Below, piece after piece: positions 49,622-62,195 of a stretch of DNA of 64,000 bases. Where the stretch lies: contig NC_057752.1 in assembly GCF_004010195.1 (NCBI RefSeq), positions 8,816,387 to 8,880,386 of the forward strand, read 5' to 3'. The translations under genes were made by a program, and so were the position numbers. The stretch's first letter is position 1; every line of letters begins with the position of its first letter. The stretch is from Chiloscyllium plagiosum. Lineage: Eukaryota. Under the pieces are notes generated by a model. The model was not told where the DNA came from. It did not search any database and saw nothing but the letters and a program-made list of their open reading frames with translations.

Positions 49622-50621
49622 CTGAATTTGGCTCTCGATGAAATGTCAATATTTAAAACAACTCAATTCACTTTTTAAGACTTTAATCTGCTGGATTAAC
49701 AACTGTTTTAAAATAGCACATAATATTTTTTTAAAAACAAATCATTAGTTAGGCAAAGGAAATGAAACCCCAGCCTGTTCTGGCAGTGTAGGAGAATTGT
49801 ATATTCTTAACAAATGATCTATCAGTGCTGAATATAAATAAACTGAGAGTCCATATGGCTGTTATTTGGTGCAACAAACACTAACTGGAAAAATGTCAAA
49901 TTCAGGGCATATTTGCACAGTAATGGCTTGGATCTTAAGTTTGAAAAACAAAACCTGTCTTATAATACAAACTTGAATGTAATAGATGAATGGTAGTAAC
50001 ATTATCACAGAAACCAGGTAAGTATTTGTTCAAGATATGGATCCAATATAAACCATTGCCAATTGCACCATTTTGCTGGCAAAAACAATGCAACAGATTG
50101 AACGCCATTGAAATAAATAGATGAGTTTTTTTTAACACAGAAACAGATTGCTAACTCATTGAAATGCTGTGTTTGTTTTTTTCCATCATCCAGACAGAAG
50201 CATATTGGGACTAATCTTGAAGCTTGACACTTGCACCCTTCAGTTCAAAATATTTTAAACTTTTTAAAAGGGCGAGTTTATAATAGGCAATGGGACATTG
50301 TTGGTCCCATTGATAATCAAGGTCACAGTCTGTCTCAAGAATCAGTGAGAAGCAGAGGAATGATGAATGAAGAAAGACGAATTAAGTCAAATCAGATACA
50401 CAAAGAGCAATGGAGGGAATGAAAGACTGGATTTACAGAGAGGAAAGAGAAATAACAGTAAGAAGAAAGTTTTAAGTCATAAGAATAGACATTAAAATAT
50501 CTAACAACAATGTATTACAGGGAGAAATGACAAAGCTTAAACTGTTCTCTATTTGGTCCGAAAAATTAATATTAAATGAAGTGAGAATTGTGCACATAAA
50601 GAGTGGCTTATGCAATTAATT

Positions 50622-51368
50622 ATAGAGTCATACAGCATGAAAATAGACCCTTCAATCCAACTAGTCCATGCCGACCATGTTCCCAAACTATACTCGTCCT
50701 ACCTGTCTGTGCATGGCCCATATGCCTCCAAACCGTTCCTTTGCATGAACTTATTCAAATGTCTTTTAAATGTTTTAACTGTACCTGTACCCACCACTTT
50801 CTCTGGCAGTTCATTCCACACATTCCACATCATGTCCTTTTTCAATCTTTCTCCTCTCACCATAAAAATATGCCCCCTACTTTTGAACTCTCCCACCCTA
50901 GGGAAAAGACCCTTGTCAATGCCCCTCATGATTTTATAAATGTTAATAAGGTCATCCCTCAACCTCCTACACTCCAGCAAAAAAATGTACCAGCCTTTCC
51001 AATCAATTTTTATAACTCAAACACTCCATTCCCAGCAACTTTCTGGTAAATATCTTCTGAATCCTCTCCAATTTAATAACATCCTTCCTATAATAGGGCG
51101 ATCAGAACAGCATACAGTACTCCAAGAGAAGCCTCATCAACGTCCTGTATAACCTCAACATGATAGCCCAACTCCTATAAGCAATGGTCTGAGTAATGAA
51201 GGCAAGTGTGCTAAATGCCTTCTTAACCACCCTGTCAACCTGTAATGCAAATTTCAAAGCATTATGTACCTGAATCCCTAGGTCTCTCTGTTTGATTAAC
51301 ATTAATTGTATAAGTCCTTTCCTTGATTGTATTACCAAAATGCAATACCTCACATTTATCCAAATTAA
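50622..51368 (-). mobile_element. CR1 3' fragment
   Basis: QRDLGIQVH...LYRTL...WNELPEKVV; tail. Confidence 0.85.
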
Positions 51369-51580
51369 ACAAATTAAATTATGAGTCCCAACTTTTTGCA
51401 GCAAGTTCAATGGACAATAATGTGCAGGTTTTTCAAAGGCTTAACAGTTGGCAAGGGCAAAATGCCATTTGTGCAAAGCAAATTGTAGCATAATATGATT
51501 GTCACCTATTTGACTCAGCTGAAAAAAGGCACAGTACATGCATATGTTCTTTTTGTCCACAAACATGTACAAGACCTTGT

Positions 51581-52022
51581 TATAGAGTCATAGAGATGTA
51601 CAGCATGGAAACATTCCCTTTGGTCCAACTCATCCATGCCGACCAGATATCCTAACCTAGTTGAGTCCCACTTACCAGTAGTTGGCCCATATTCCTCTAA
51701 ACCCTTCCTATTTATATTCCCATCCAGATGTTTTTTAAATGTTGTATTTGTACCAACCTCCACCACTTCTGTTGGCAGCTCATTCCATACACGTGCCACC
51801 CTCTGTGTGAAAAAGGTGCCCTTTGGGTCTCTTAAATCTTTCCCTCTCACCCTAAACCTATGCCCTCTAGTTTTGGACTTCCCTACCCTGGGCAAAATAC
51901 CTTCACTATTCATCCTATTCATGCCTCTCATGGCTTTATAAACCTCTATAAGGTCATCCCTCAGCATCCAACACTCATGGGAAAATATCCCCAGACTATT
52001 CAGCCTCTCCCTATAGCTCAAA
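51581..52022 (-). mobile_element. CR1 3' fragment
   Basis: LSYRERLNSLG...TRGHRFRVRG...WNELP; tail. Confidence 0.88.
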
Positions 52023-52639
52023 TGTGGACAGAAAAAGAATGTGCATGCACAGCGCTTGTTTCCACTCAGATTGATGCCCTGGCCAATCACTGTCATCTTG
52101 TCTGGTTTGGAATCTAAACAAAACCTGTCAGTTAACATTCAATCATCATGAACTGTTGCATTCTCCATGGCAATGTTTCTTCCAATCAATCAACACTCTC
52201 CTGTAATACCGTATAAATGTTGGTGTTCTCTTTTATTGGTATTCTTGTGAATTGTACTGATGAATACAAGACAAAAAGCTTTGACAAAATGTGTCTTTAT
52301 TCAGTAATACTTTTTCATAGACAAAACCTTTGTCAATTTGCTTTTCTAATAATTAGAAGATCAAATGAATATCGCACAAATATCCACATTATGTGTACCA
52401 CACGTTGATGCCAGAATACGTGCTAGAATCTTGCATAAAAGCCCTAGAAGTGGTAGAAATGCCAGTTTCTCACCTAAGTAAAGGCTATTTCTTCCTAAAA
52501 CATCCCCTGATCTTTGCCTCCTACCATGTCCAGCAGTAATATTTGTGCCTGGGCCTTGGTCTAAAAGGTACTGTGGATGCCAACCTGTCTCTTGTCCTTT
52601 TGTGACAGTCCCATCTCATCTCCTTAGCAAACTGAGACA

Positions 52640-52724
52640 GAGAATCAGTGAGAATTGTCACAGTACACAGTACTTTCTGAATGAGAATCAGTGAGAATTG
52701 TTACAATATATAGTATTTTCTGAA
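52640..52724. repeat. 43-bp imperfect tandem duplication
   Basis: gagaatcagtgagaattgt(c/t)aca...tttctgaa x2. Confidence 0.85.
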
Positions 52725-54324
52725 CTTTTGCATTCACAAAATTGAATATTCAAGAATGACTTGCATTTATATGTTACCATTGCCAAGACTTCAGAGAGAG
52801 CACTTCACATACAGTGAACAGCTTCAAAGTAAAGCAACTATAACACAGTCTGTTTCCAAGCTGCAGTTTCTATCTGTATCAACTAGTTCATGTTGGTGCT
52901 CACCCTGATATGGGAGTCTCCTCATTCCATTTATCTGCTCCATTCCCATATCCTTTTATTCCCTTTTCCTACAGCCACTAAGCTAACTTAGTCATAAACA
53001 TTGACATGATTCTTACTTCAAATCACTAATGCTGGCAATGCATTTTACAGCCTCAGAATCCAATGAAGAAAATAAAATCTACTCTCTGCTAAATTATTTA
53101 ATGTTGTACCTATGCCCTCTTTTCCCAGGCCCTTCAGATCAAGGTAAACATTCTGATAGTTCAACTTCCCACATTTGCATATATTTAAATCTTTCCAAAA
53201 CTACAACTGGAAGAGTCAATTCATTAATAACTTTACCCAATAAATATAACAAGTGTATCCTATTTAATAGTTCCCTACATCACATTCATTATTCTACTTC
53301 TGGATGTTTGGTGTAAAATCCAGCAGATCTGGCAGCATCTGTGCAGAGTGAACATTTCAGATCCAGTGACCCTTCTTGAGAACCTCTTCTTCTTCTGAAG
53401 GAACAACAATCTATTTCCATATCAGGATGGTGAGGGGCTTGGAGGGGACCTTGTAATTAGTGGTGGTTCCATGTATCTGCTGCCCTTGTCCTTACAGATG
53501 GAAGTGGTCATGGATTTGGAAGGTGCTGTCGAAGGAGCCTTGGTGAATTGTATGGCACTATGACTGTGCCAAATGGGATAGACTTCAGACAAATTTTGCA
53601 TCTTAAGACAGAGCATTCATAAAGTGGTGTGGGGCATCAGCAGCAGCAGTGCTGTACTCCAAAACAATCTGCAACCACATGGCCTGGCATATCCTCCGCT
53701 CAAGCCAAGAGATCAACCCTGATTAAGAAACAGTGCAGGAGGATATGCCAGGAGCAGCACCAGGCTTATGTAAAAATAAAGTGTCAACCTGGTGAATCTA
53801 TCAAACAGGATTGTTTGCATGACAAACAATATAAGTATCAAATGACAGACAAAGCTAAGTGATTCCACACCAGCCAATCAGACTTAAGCTCTGCAGTCCT
53901 GCTGCATTCAGTCGTGAATGGTGGTGGACAATTAAATAGCTCACTGGAGGAAGGAAGCTCCATAAATATCCCCATCGTAAATGATGGGGGAGCCCAGCAT
54001 ATCAGTGCAAAAGTTAAGGCTAAGGGACTCACAGCAACCTTCAGCTAGAAGTTCCAAGTGAATGATCCATTTCAGCCTCCTTCAGAGATCCCCACCATCA
54101 GAGATACCAGTCTTCAGGCAATTTGAATCACTTCCCGTGATATCAAGAAATGGTTGGAGGCACTGGATACTGCAATGGTTATGGACCCTTACAACATTCC
54201 GGCATGGGATCTGAAGACTTGTGTTCCTGAAGTTTACTCATCCCTTCGCCAAGCTGCTCTAGCGTAGTTACAACACTGGAATCTACCCGACAATGTGGAA
54301 AATTGCCCAGTATATCCTGTATAC

Positions 54325-54932
54325 AAATTAGGTAAAAACAACGACTGCAGATGCTGGAAACCAGATTCTGGATTAGTGGTGCTGGAAAAGCACAGCAGTT
54401 CAGGCAGCATCCGAGGAGCAGGAAAATCAACGTTTCGGGCAAAAGCCCTTCATCAGGAATACAGGCAGAGTGCCTGAAGGGTGGAGAGATAAATGAGAGG
54501 GGGGTGGGGGTGGGGAGAAAGTAGCATAGAGTACAATAGGTGAGTGGGGGAGGGGATGAAGGTGATAGGTCAGGGAGGAGGGTGGAGTGGATAGGTGGAA
54601 AAGAAGATAGGCAGGTAGGACAAGTCATGGGGACAGTGCTGAGCTGGAAGTTTGGAACTGAGGTGAGGTGGGGCAAGGGGAAATGAGGAAACTGTTGAAG
54701 TCCACATTGATGCCCTGGGGTTGAAGTGTTCCGAGGCAGAAGATGAGGTGTTCTTCCTCCAGGCGTCAGGTGGTGAGGGAGCGGCGGTGAAGGAGGCCCA
54801 GGACCTCTATGTCCTCGGCAGAGTGGGAGGGGGAGTTGAAATGTTGGGCCACAGGGCGGTTTGGTTGATTGGTGCGGGTGTCCCGGAGACGTTCCCTAAA
54901 GCGCTCTGCGAGGAAGCTTCCAGTCTCCCCAA
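54325..54932 (-). mobile_element. Penelope-like 3' fragment
   Basis: IGETGSFLAERFRERLRDTRTNQPNRPVAQHFNSPSHS; hammerhead-like CUGAUGA-A-GGGC(UUUU)GCCC-GAAACGUU at about 54428-54458. Confidence 0.88.
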
Positions 54933-55141
54933 TAGTCTGCTCTCGATCATCAGTAAAGTGATGGAAACTGTCATCAACAGTGCTATCCAGCAGCACCTGC
55001 TGAGCAATGACCTGCACAAAGGAAGATGGTTGTGGCTGTTGGAGGTCAGTCACCTCAGCTCCAGGACATTGCTGTGGTAGTTCCTCAGGATAGTGTCCTA
55101 GGCCCGACCATCTTCAGCTCCTCCATCAATGATCTTCCCTC

Positions 55142-55710
55142 AAAGTTAAAAATCACACAACACCAGGTTATAGTCCAACAGGTTTATTGGAAGCACTAGC
55201 TTTTGGAGCGCTGCTCCTTCATCAGGTGGTTGTGGAGAATAAGACTGTAAGACTCAGAATTTATAGCAAAAATTTACAGTGTGATGTAACTGAAATTATA
55301 TATTGAAAAAAGACTGGGATTGTTTGTTAATCTCTCATCTTTTAGAATGACCATGTTGGTTTCAGTTCTTTCATATGTAAATTGCAAAACTTTTTTAAGA
55401 TCACTTGACAATGTAACTTTTAAAAAAAGTTTTGCAATTTACATATGAAAGAACTGAAACCAACATGGTCATTCTAAAAGATGAGAGATTAACAAACAAT
55501 TCAGGTCTTTTTCAATATATAATTTCAGTTGCATCACACTGTAAATTTTGCTATAAATTCTATGTTTTACAATCTTATTCTCCACAACCACCTGATGAAG
55601 GAGCAGTGCTCTGAAAGCTAGTGCTTCCAAATAAACCTGTTGGACTATAACCTGGTGTTATGTGATTTTTAACTTTGTACACCCCAGTCCAATACCAGCG
55701 TTCCCAAATC
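55142..55710. mobile_element. Palindromic Penelope-derived element (two inverted ~260-bp termini)
   Basis: 55141-55400 is the reverse complement of about 55418-55678; near TSD atgatcttccctc / atgatttccctc; a hammerhead-like motif in each arm. Confidence 0.85.
55589..55623 (+). ncRNA. Minimal type I hammerhead-ribozyme-like motif
   Basis: CAC-CUGAUGA-A-GGAGC(AGU)GCUCU-GAAA-GC-UA-GUG: stem I, core, stem II, palindromic AGCU. Confidence 0.6.
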
Positions 55711-56699
55711 ATGATTTCCCTCCAACGTAAGGTCAAAAGTGGCAGTGTCCACTCAGACTGCACAATGTTTAGCATCATTCATGGCTCCTCAGACACTGAA
55801 GCAGATCATGCCCAAATGCAGGAAGACCTGGACAATATCCATGGTACAGTTGACAAGTGCCAAAAAACATTCATGCCACAAAAGTGCCAGGTAATAATGA
55901 TATCCAACGAGAGATGCCCCTTGATATTGAATGTTTTGCCATCACTGAATCCCCCACTATGAAGACCTTGAGAGCTACTATTGACCAGAAACTCAACTGG
56001 ACCAGCCATATAAATACCAAAGCTAGGAATACTGCAGCAAGTAACTCACCCGCTGACCCCACGAAGCCTGTCCACCATCTACAAGGGATAGGTCAGGAGT
56101 GTGATGGAATACTCCCCACTTGTCTGAATGAATGCAGTTCCAACAACACTCAGTGAAGTTTGACACCATCCAGGTCAAAGCACCCCAATTGTTAGGCACC
56201 ACTTCCACAAGCATTCACTTCCTCCATCACCAATGCTAAGTAGCAGCAGTGTGTAATATCTACAAGATGCATCAAGGCTTCTGAGACATTCCAAACCCAC
56301 AACCACTTCCATCTAGAAAGACAACGGCAGCAGATCCATGGGAACACCACCACTTGCAAGTTTCTCTCCAAGTCCATCCTGACTTGGAAATATATTGCTG
56401 TTCCTTCAGTGTTGCTGGATCAAAATCCTGGAACTCCGTCTCTAACAGCATTGTAGGTGTACAGCAGTCCAAGAACACAGCTCGATACCACATTCTCAAG
56501 GACAATTCAGGATGGGCAATAAAGGCTGGCCCAGCCAGCAATGCCCACATCCCATGAATGAATAAAGAAAGTCATACATCATAGGCACCACTTGTTGAAA
56601 ACTTCCCCTGGGTGCTATCTGTTAGAAAAGCAGAAACTCATCAGTTCACAAACTACTGAAAAAGTTCTCCATTACTATGCGTATGGTTGAAGGAAGCAA

Positions 56700-57500
56700 G
56701 TTCTCTTTGTGCGAACAAACAAATGCTTTTGAAATCATTAGAGTTGCCTCTTTCCAGAAACGAGTACTGCTGTTCATGGGCGCTAGGACCCAACGGAATC
56801 TCCAAGCCTTGGAGTAGCTCTCCACCTGCTGCAACGGTTCGGGACCGCCGCAGTCTGGCTGTGTGTCTCTCTCCATATTAGTAGTCAGCAGGGGCTCACC
56901 CACATCACTTTGGAAATTCAAGATTATCCTTGAGTGCCCGCCCTTTCCCATTCACTAAGTGCTAGTCTGGTGAATTGTTTCTGTCACGGTTGCAAGCCTG
57001 AAGTTTTCTGCACTTCCTACACTTGCTGCTTTCCCTTTCTTCCGCTCGATCAGAGAGGTACTTGAGTTGCTCGCTTTACGTTCTGCCCAATCCTATCCTT
57101 TTTTTCACTTAAGGTTATGTCTGGACTGTATTTCAATTCTCTTTTGGGATCTTTCGGGAAATCAGACTGAATTATGTTAGAGAAGTTCTAACCCGGGAAG
57201 AAACTGAAACCGAATTGTGATTGATTCGAGAAATCGCCTTATGCCTGGATTTATACGTATTTTTTTGAAATTTCCCTCCCCCCCCATCTTATTTTCAGGA
57301 AGGGGAAGTAAATATGTAAAAGTGAAGTACCTGTGTCGTTTCCGTGACGGGTGACACTTATTCTCCGTTGGTAAGTCATTTTCTTGAAGTTTCCTGAGTG
57401 ACATTTTCCGGAACCTCCCAACACGCTGGCTGTAAGAAAAAAGTTACGGTCTTGAAGCTGCTGTTTTGTTTCTGGTAAATGATGATTCCACACGTGTGGA
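56700..57500. promoter_or_regulatory. CpG-enriched, probably bidirectional promoter region
   Basis: Local CpG excess in non-repeat DNA; minus-strand donor G|gtgagc at 56900; plus-strand donor TTG|gtaagt at 57370; ISRE-like gaaactgaaac 57200-57210, kB-like tgaaatttccc 57266-57276, ETS/PU.1-like aggggaagt 57301. Confidence 0.55.
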
Positions 57501-59264
57501 TAAAGAACACATTTTGATGCAATGGGAATTCAATGTTCGAAGTTTTTTTGTGTGTGAGGCTGTGGGATTAGCTTGAGGCGCTCAAATTATTCTTTTGAAC
57601 AATTTCACTGTTGTAGAATATGTTAAGCCACTTTAAATTATTTCAGGTGAGTAAACTCTCTATTTTAAAAAAAAGTTTTGCTGCAAATTCTTGGCTTTTC
57701 TCTTTTTCAAGGGAAGACCTACCCTGTAGGTATGCTCTTATCTTTTAAAATTTAAACTAATAATGGGTACTTGTCTCGGAAGGTGTGGATTCCAAATTTT
57801 ATTGAATAAAAATGATGGTTTTAACAGATGAATTGTTATAAATGATTGAATTGGTGGGTACAATGGCTATTATGCAGCTGAGGTGTGCAAAGCAGGCTGG
57901 CCTCTGATCTGATTCCAAGTCTCTGATAAATTAGCTGAGATCCTCTGGAGTAGCCAACATTGCCTTTGGGTTAAAGAGGGAAAAATTATGTGAAATCCTT
58001 ACTCCCAATGACTGTCCAGTATCTGTGGGCATCAAATGAGGATTAGATCAGGTTTCGGTGTGAAACAGACGAAAGTATATGCAGCAATAAAACTTGGTTG
58101 CAGTTAAGATGTACTCAAAACTTATGTCAAAGTATCTCAGATACTGAATTGTGTAGGAAGAGTAGTCATTCTGTGCATTGTAAGGTTATACAAATAATTG
58201 TTTTCACTGGTGTTTTGTGAAAGTCACAACGAGAACTTAGCAAGGAGAATCAAGTTTCATGTGTTACAGAAACAACACTAGCATTTCCCTTTCCTTATGG
58301 TAAGAATTGAGGGGGAAATAAACCAGATTCATGGTCAAGAAATGCATAGTCAGACACGTTCAATATAACTTAACCTCGCTGTTGGGTTAGATCTTTAAAT
58401 AATATAATTCAGTTTACTTGAAGGGGGAATATTCACCAGGACAACACCCTGTTATTCAAACAAGGTAATGGGATCTTTAATATCCACCTGAGCAAGCCAG
58501 CAAACTCTGACACACCTGTCTTCAATGGCAGTGTGTTGTCAGAGGTACTGTTGCATCCAGAAATGGATTTGAGCCAACTATCTTTTTAGGTGATGTTACC
58601 ACCAACTAAAGTTACTTGATACTTGTTTTCTCTTCCCATTACACAAAGTATTATGAAGTATGCAGATAACTAGTTAGTGGTTCCAATTGTATGCTTATTA
58701 ATACTATAAACTATTTGGCTCAGTCAAGCTGTTTTCTTGGAGTGTGGAACAAATTCCATATTCTACATATGTGACACATCATATCCATTTGTAACTGCTT
58801 AGACACCTATTTTTAAAAAAAACTAATGCTACACTTGTCAATTTGACACAATATATTATAATTTTACTTATTTTCAGCAGTAACTGACTTTTTATGGAAT
58901 TCTTATTTTTAAGAAACTGAAGATATATTTTTTCACATGGGATCTGGTGGTGTTTCACCATGGTAATTAATTACACAAGGCAATTTTGTGTTTCTGGATG
59001 GTGCAAAATATTGTGGTGCTAATTGTTTGAATTTGTTTAAATCACTTTGTTTTCAAATTTTTTTCTTTAATGGACTTTACTGGCAGAAGGTTTGCAGTCT
59101 CAAGTCATTTTTTCTTCTGAACATGCCCACAGCCCACAATGATCTGTTACTTGGGAGTAAATTAGGAATTTTATTTGGAGAATCTGTACAGTTCACTGGT
59201 GTGGATTTGGTGGACGTTTGTGCTTTTCCTGTCCTCCATCTAATGAAGCATTGTTCACAAGCTT

Positions 59265-59700
59265 TATTGATTTTTTTTTAAGAAGTAATGAAGAGGATTG
59301 ATGAGGGCAGATCGATGGATGTGACCTATATGAACTTCAGTAAGATGTTTGACAAGGTTCCTCATGGGAGACTAGTTAGCAAGGTTAGATCACCTGGAAT
59401 ACAGCCTTTCAGACTGGAGGCCTGTAACCAGTGGTGTGACACTGATTTGGATGTGAACATTGGAGGTAGAGTTAGTGAGTTTGCAGATGACATCAAAATT
59501 GGAGATGTAGTAGACAGCAAAGAAGGTTACCTCAGAGTACAACAGGATCTTGATCAGATGGGATATATGAATAGGAAGGGTTCAGAGGGATATGGGCCAA
59601 GTGCTGGCAATTGGTACTAGATTAGGTTGGGATATCTGGTCGGCATGGACGAGTTGGACCAAACAGTCTGATTCCATACTGTACATCTCCATGACTCTAT
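59265..59700 (+). mobile_element. CR1 ORF2/3' fragment with several internal deletions
   Basis: KRIDEGRSMDVTYMNFSKMFDKVPHGRL...FADDIK...; tail. Confidence 0.85.
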
Positions 59701-59743
59701 GGAGTGTTACTAGACAGTTGATTGTGCCTAACTTGCCTTAAAT

Positions 59744-59929
59744 CAGTGTTTCCCACTCTTTTTCCCATTGTGACTCCATTTCAAATTGAAAATTGTTATG
59801 ACGCCTTTTAGGAAGAACTGAGAGCAGGGATACAGCTGTTATGACTCTGTCAAGGTTCCATGGTTACCATTGCTGCCTCAGTGCTTGCAAACCCACTTGG
59901 GGTCCTGACCCTCATTTTGGGAGGCCCTG
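59744..59929. mobile_element. hAT (Charlie-like) MITE
   Basis: cagtgtttccca...tgggaggccctg termini; 8-bp TSD-like ccttaaat / ccttatgt. Confidence 0.7.
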
Positions 59930-62152
59930 CCTTATGTGCTGGATTAAGAAAGTGGAAACTGTGGTGTAACCCTTAAAACTTCACTTTTGAGCAGAAAACA
60001 TTGACCAAAAATAGTTATCAGAAAAACAAGTAAAAGAAAATGGATATATGTGGGATATTGCAGTCAGAGAGGAGACAGAAGGATTCAAAATCACCTTGGC
60101 AAAAACACGAGTGCAATTGTAGAGGAATGAAAACCATCAGAAATACAACAATATAAATAATTGTCTAATTGATAGTAATTCAAAAATCTTTGGTGTATTG
60201 GGACATTTTTTTCAATTAATGTATTTTCTACAGTATAGACTTCCACTCTATTGATGCTGACTTTTCTGTGCAGGTAATTTCTGATTTATAAGTTGAGTTT
60301 ACAAAGGAAAATTACCATTTATACATTCATGGGATGTGGACATCATTGGTTGGGCCAATGTTTATTGTTCATCCCAAATTTCCTGTGAACCAAATGCCTT
60401 TCTAGGCCATTTCAAAGTGCAGTTAAGAATCAATCATATTGCTGTGGGTTCAGAGTCATGTGCACCAGACCAGGTAAGGATGGCAGATTTCCTTCGAGGT
60501 AGGAAATTAGAGTGTTCATGTTCAATGTGACTGGATGTAACACTTAGCCTCATTAAAGCAAAAGAAAACTCACTGAACTATTATAGTCCAGTGCCTACAA
60601 ATAAGCCAGTTATACTTCTCTTGTTCGGGTAAATCAACTGTCAACAATTAGAACTTGAAAGTGGATCTGCATTACATTAAAGTCAATCACACATTGAAAG
60701 CTAGTCTTCCACCTATCTGTGGCACTTCCTTACCCAAGTGTGGGTTCCTTTTTATTATCACTGAACTGAAAGACCAGAGATTGTAACCAGCCAGTGGACA
60801 GAAGTAATAATGTCCTGGAATTGGTGCCAAGGGGTGGAGACTGGTTTCCTCTGAAGATAGCATGAGGGTAAAACATTCAAGTTGCGATAAATCTGGAAGC
60901 TGAGCTGGAACAGAATTTCACACTGGATTCAGCCACTGCAAACAAAGGTGGATTGGAGACAATTCTAAGAACTTTTGGGTTTTTTAAAAAATGTTTTTGT
61001 AAAAAAGCAATTTAGCATGTGAATGACAACTCACGGCAGGATTGTGTAGCTGTAATGTTTGTGTGGTTATTTCGTGGGTTGTAATTGAGAGGCAGCTTGA
61101 TTGTAGGATTCAGTCCATGATCTCATTCTTCAGCTAAGCTTTCACAACACCCACTGTGCTCCCACAGATGCTTTAAAAAAAAAGATACCGTATGTCTTCT
61201 CAAAAGACACATTCAAAGCCAGTTCTGAGTCATTTTAAAGCATTTTTTTTATATGGAAACTTTTTATAGTTGGTGAACATTTTGCTCAAGGTATTAGAGC
61301 TTGGAAATAGAAACACTTCCAGCACAGGTTAAATCATCCCACACTATCTGCAAATTATTTTGTTTTACGTAAGTCCATGTTGCAGCATGGTGGCTTTTTT
61401 TTGTTGCCCACACCAGCTATTCTGTGGGCTGAGATGAAATTTGTGCTAGGTTAATGCCTTTCATTTTGTGTTATTATTTTTGAACTCTCTAGCTGTGGCA
61501 GTGTCAGGAACTGAATGGGAGTCCATTTATATATTGGGGTGGTGAACTGACATATGTCAATGAAACTAACATCTTACTGAAACACCCTGGTTGTTAATGA
61601 CTAATGTTTGTTCATCATGTTTGTTCAAACAGGAGCAGAAGGGTGCATGGGGCCACGGCCTTGCCTTTCAAAAGTAAAGATATTGTTGCCTGGTCCTCTC
61701 TAGCTGCTGTGCAGTCCTTCCCAGATTCTATGCTGCACTACCTTCTTGTCCAGGAATACAGTAACAGATATCAAGGCATCCTCACTATGGAAGCCTCACT
61801 CTCACTCCCAGTCTATATCCTACTCTGACTTGCTCACCCTTTGGTAGTGTATGTACAGATGATGGCTGTGATCTCCCTACATGTGTGCAGATGCTTCCTG
61901 CGGATGGTTTTTGTAGTGGCCAGGTGATGTCACTGGCCATTCATGCATACTGGCCATACTATATAGAGACACAGAACTAGAAGTATTTGGCCCTTCGAGC
62001 CAATTCCACCATTCAGTGTGACCATCGGTAATCCTCCATCTCAGTACCATATCCCTTGATACTTTTTGAAAATGTAAAAAAAGTTCTCCTTTTTAGATAT
62101 ATTCAGTGATTTGGCCTCAGCCTTCTGTGGTAGAATGCTGCCTACAATCAGA

Positions 62153-62154
<2 letters not shown>

Positions 62155-62195
<41 letters not shown>
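62155..62195. repeat. Poly-C tract within Penelope-like fragments (about 62140-62740)
   Basis: About 40 C; neighbouring PGTFPCHQRKCKTC and ccagcatcagcag terminus. Confidence 0.7.

Larger units (their letters stand above)
53560..56570 (+). mobile_element. Decayed second-family CR1-group LINE ORF2 with two nested Penelope inserts
   Basis: SLLSIISKVME, PQDSVLGPTIFS..INDLP, IDQKLNWTSHIN; tail catcccatgaatgaataaa. Confidence 0.75.

Noticed and set aside
53420..53555. Inverted LINE piece as a twin-priming 5' inversion of 53560-56570
   Set aside because: It overlaps sequence still present at the 3' end and is diverged from it; more likely a separate copy.
60234..60273. Possible 40-nt plus-strand exon (ttctacag...CAG|gtaatt)
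   Set aside because: Too short to distinguish from chance; no identifiable plus-strand coding exon in the window.
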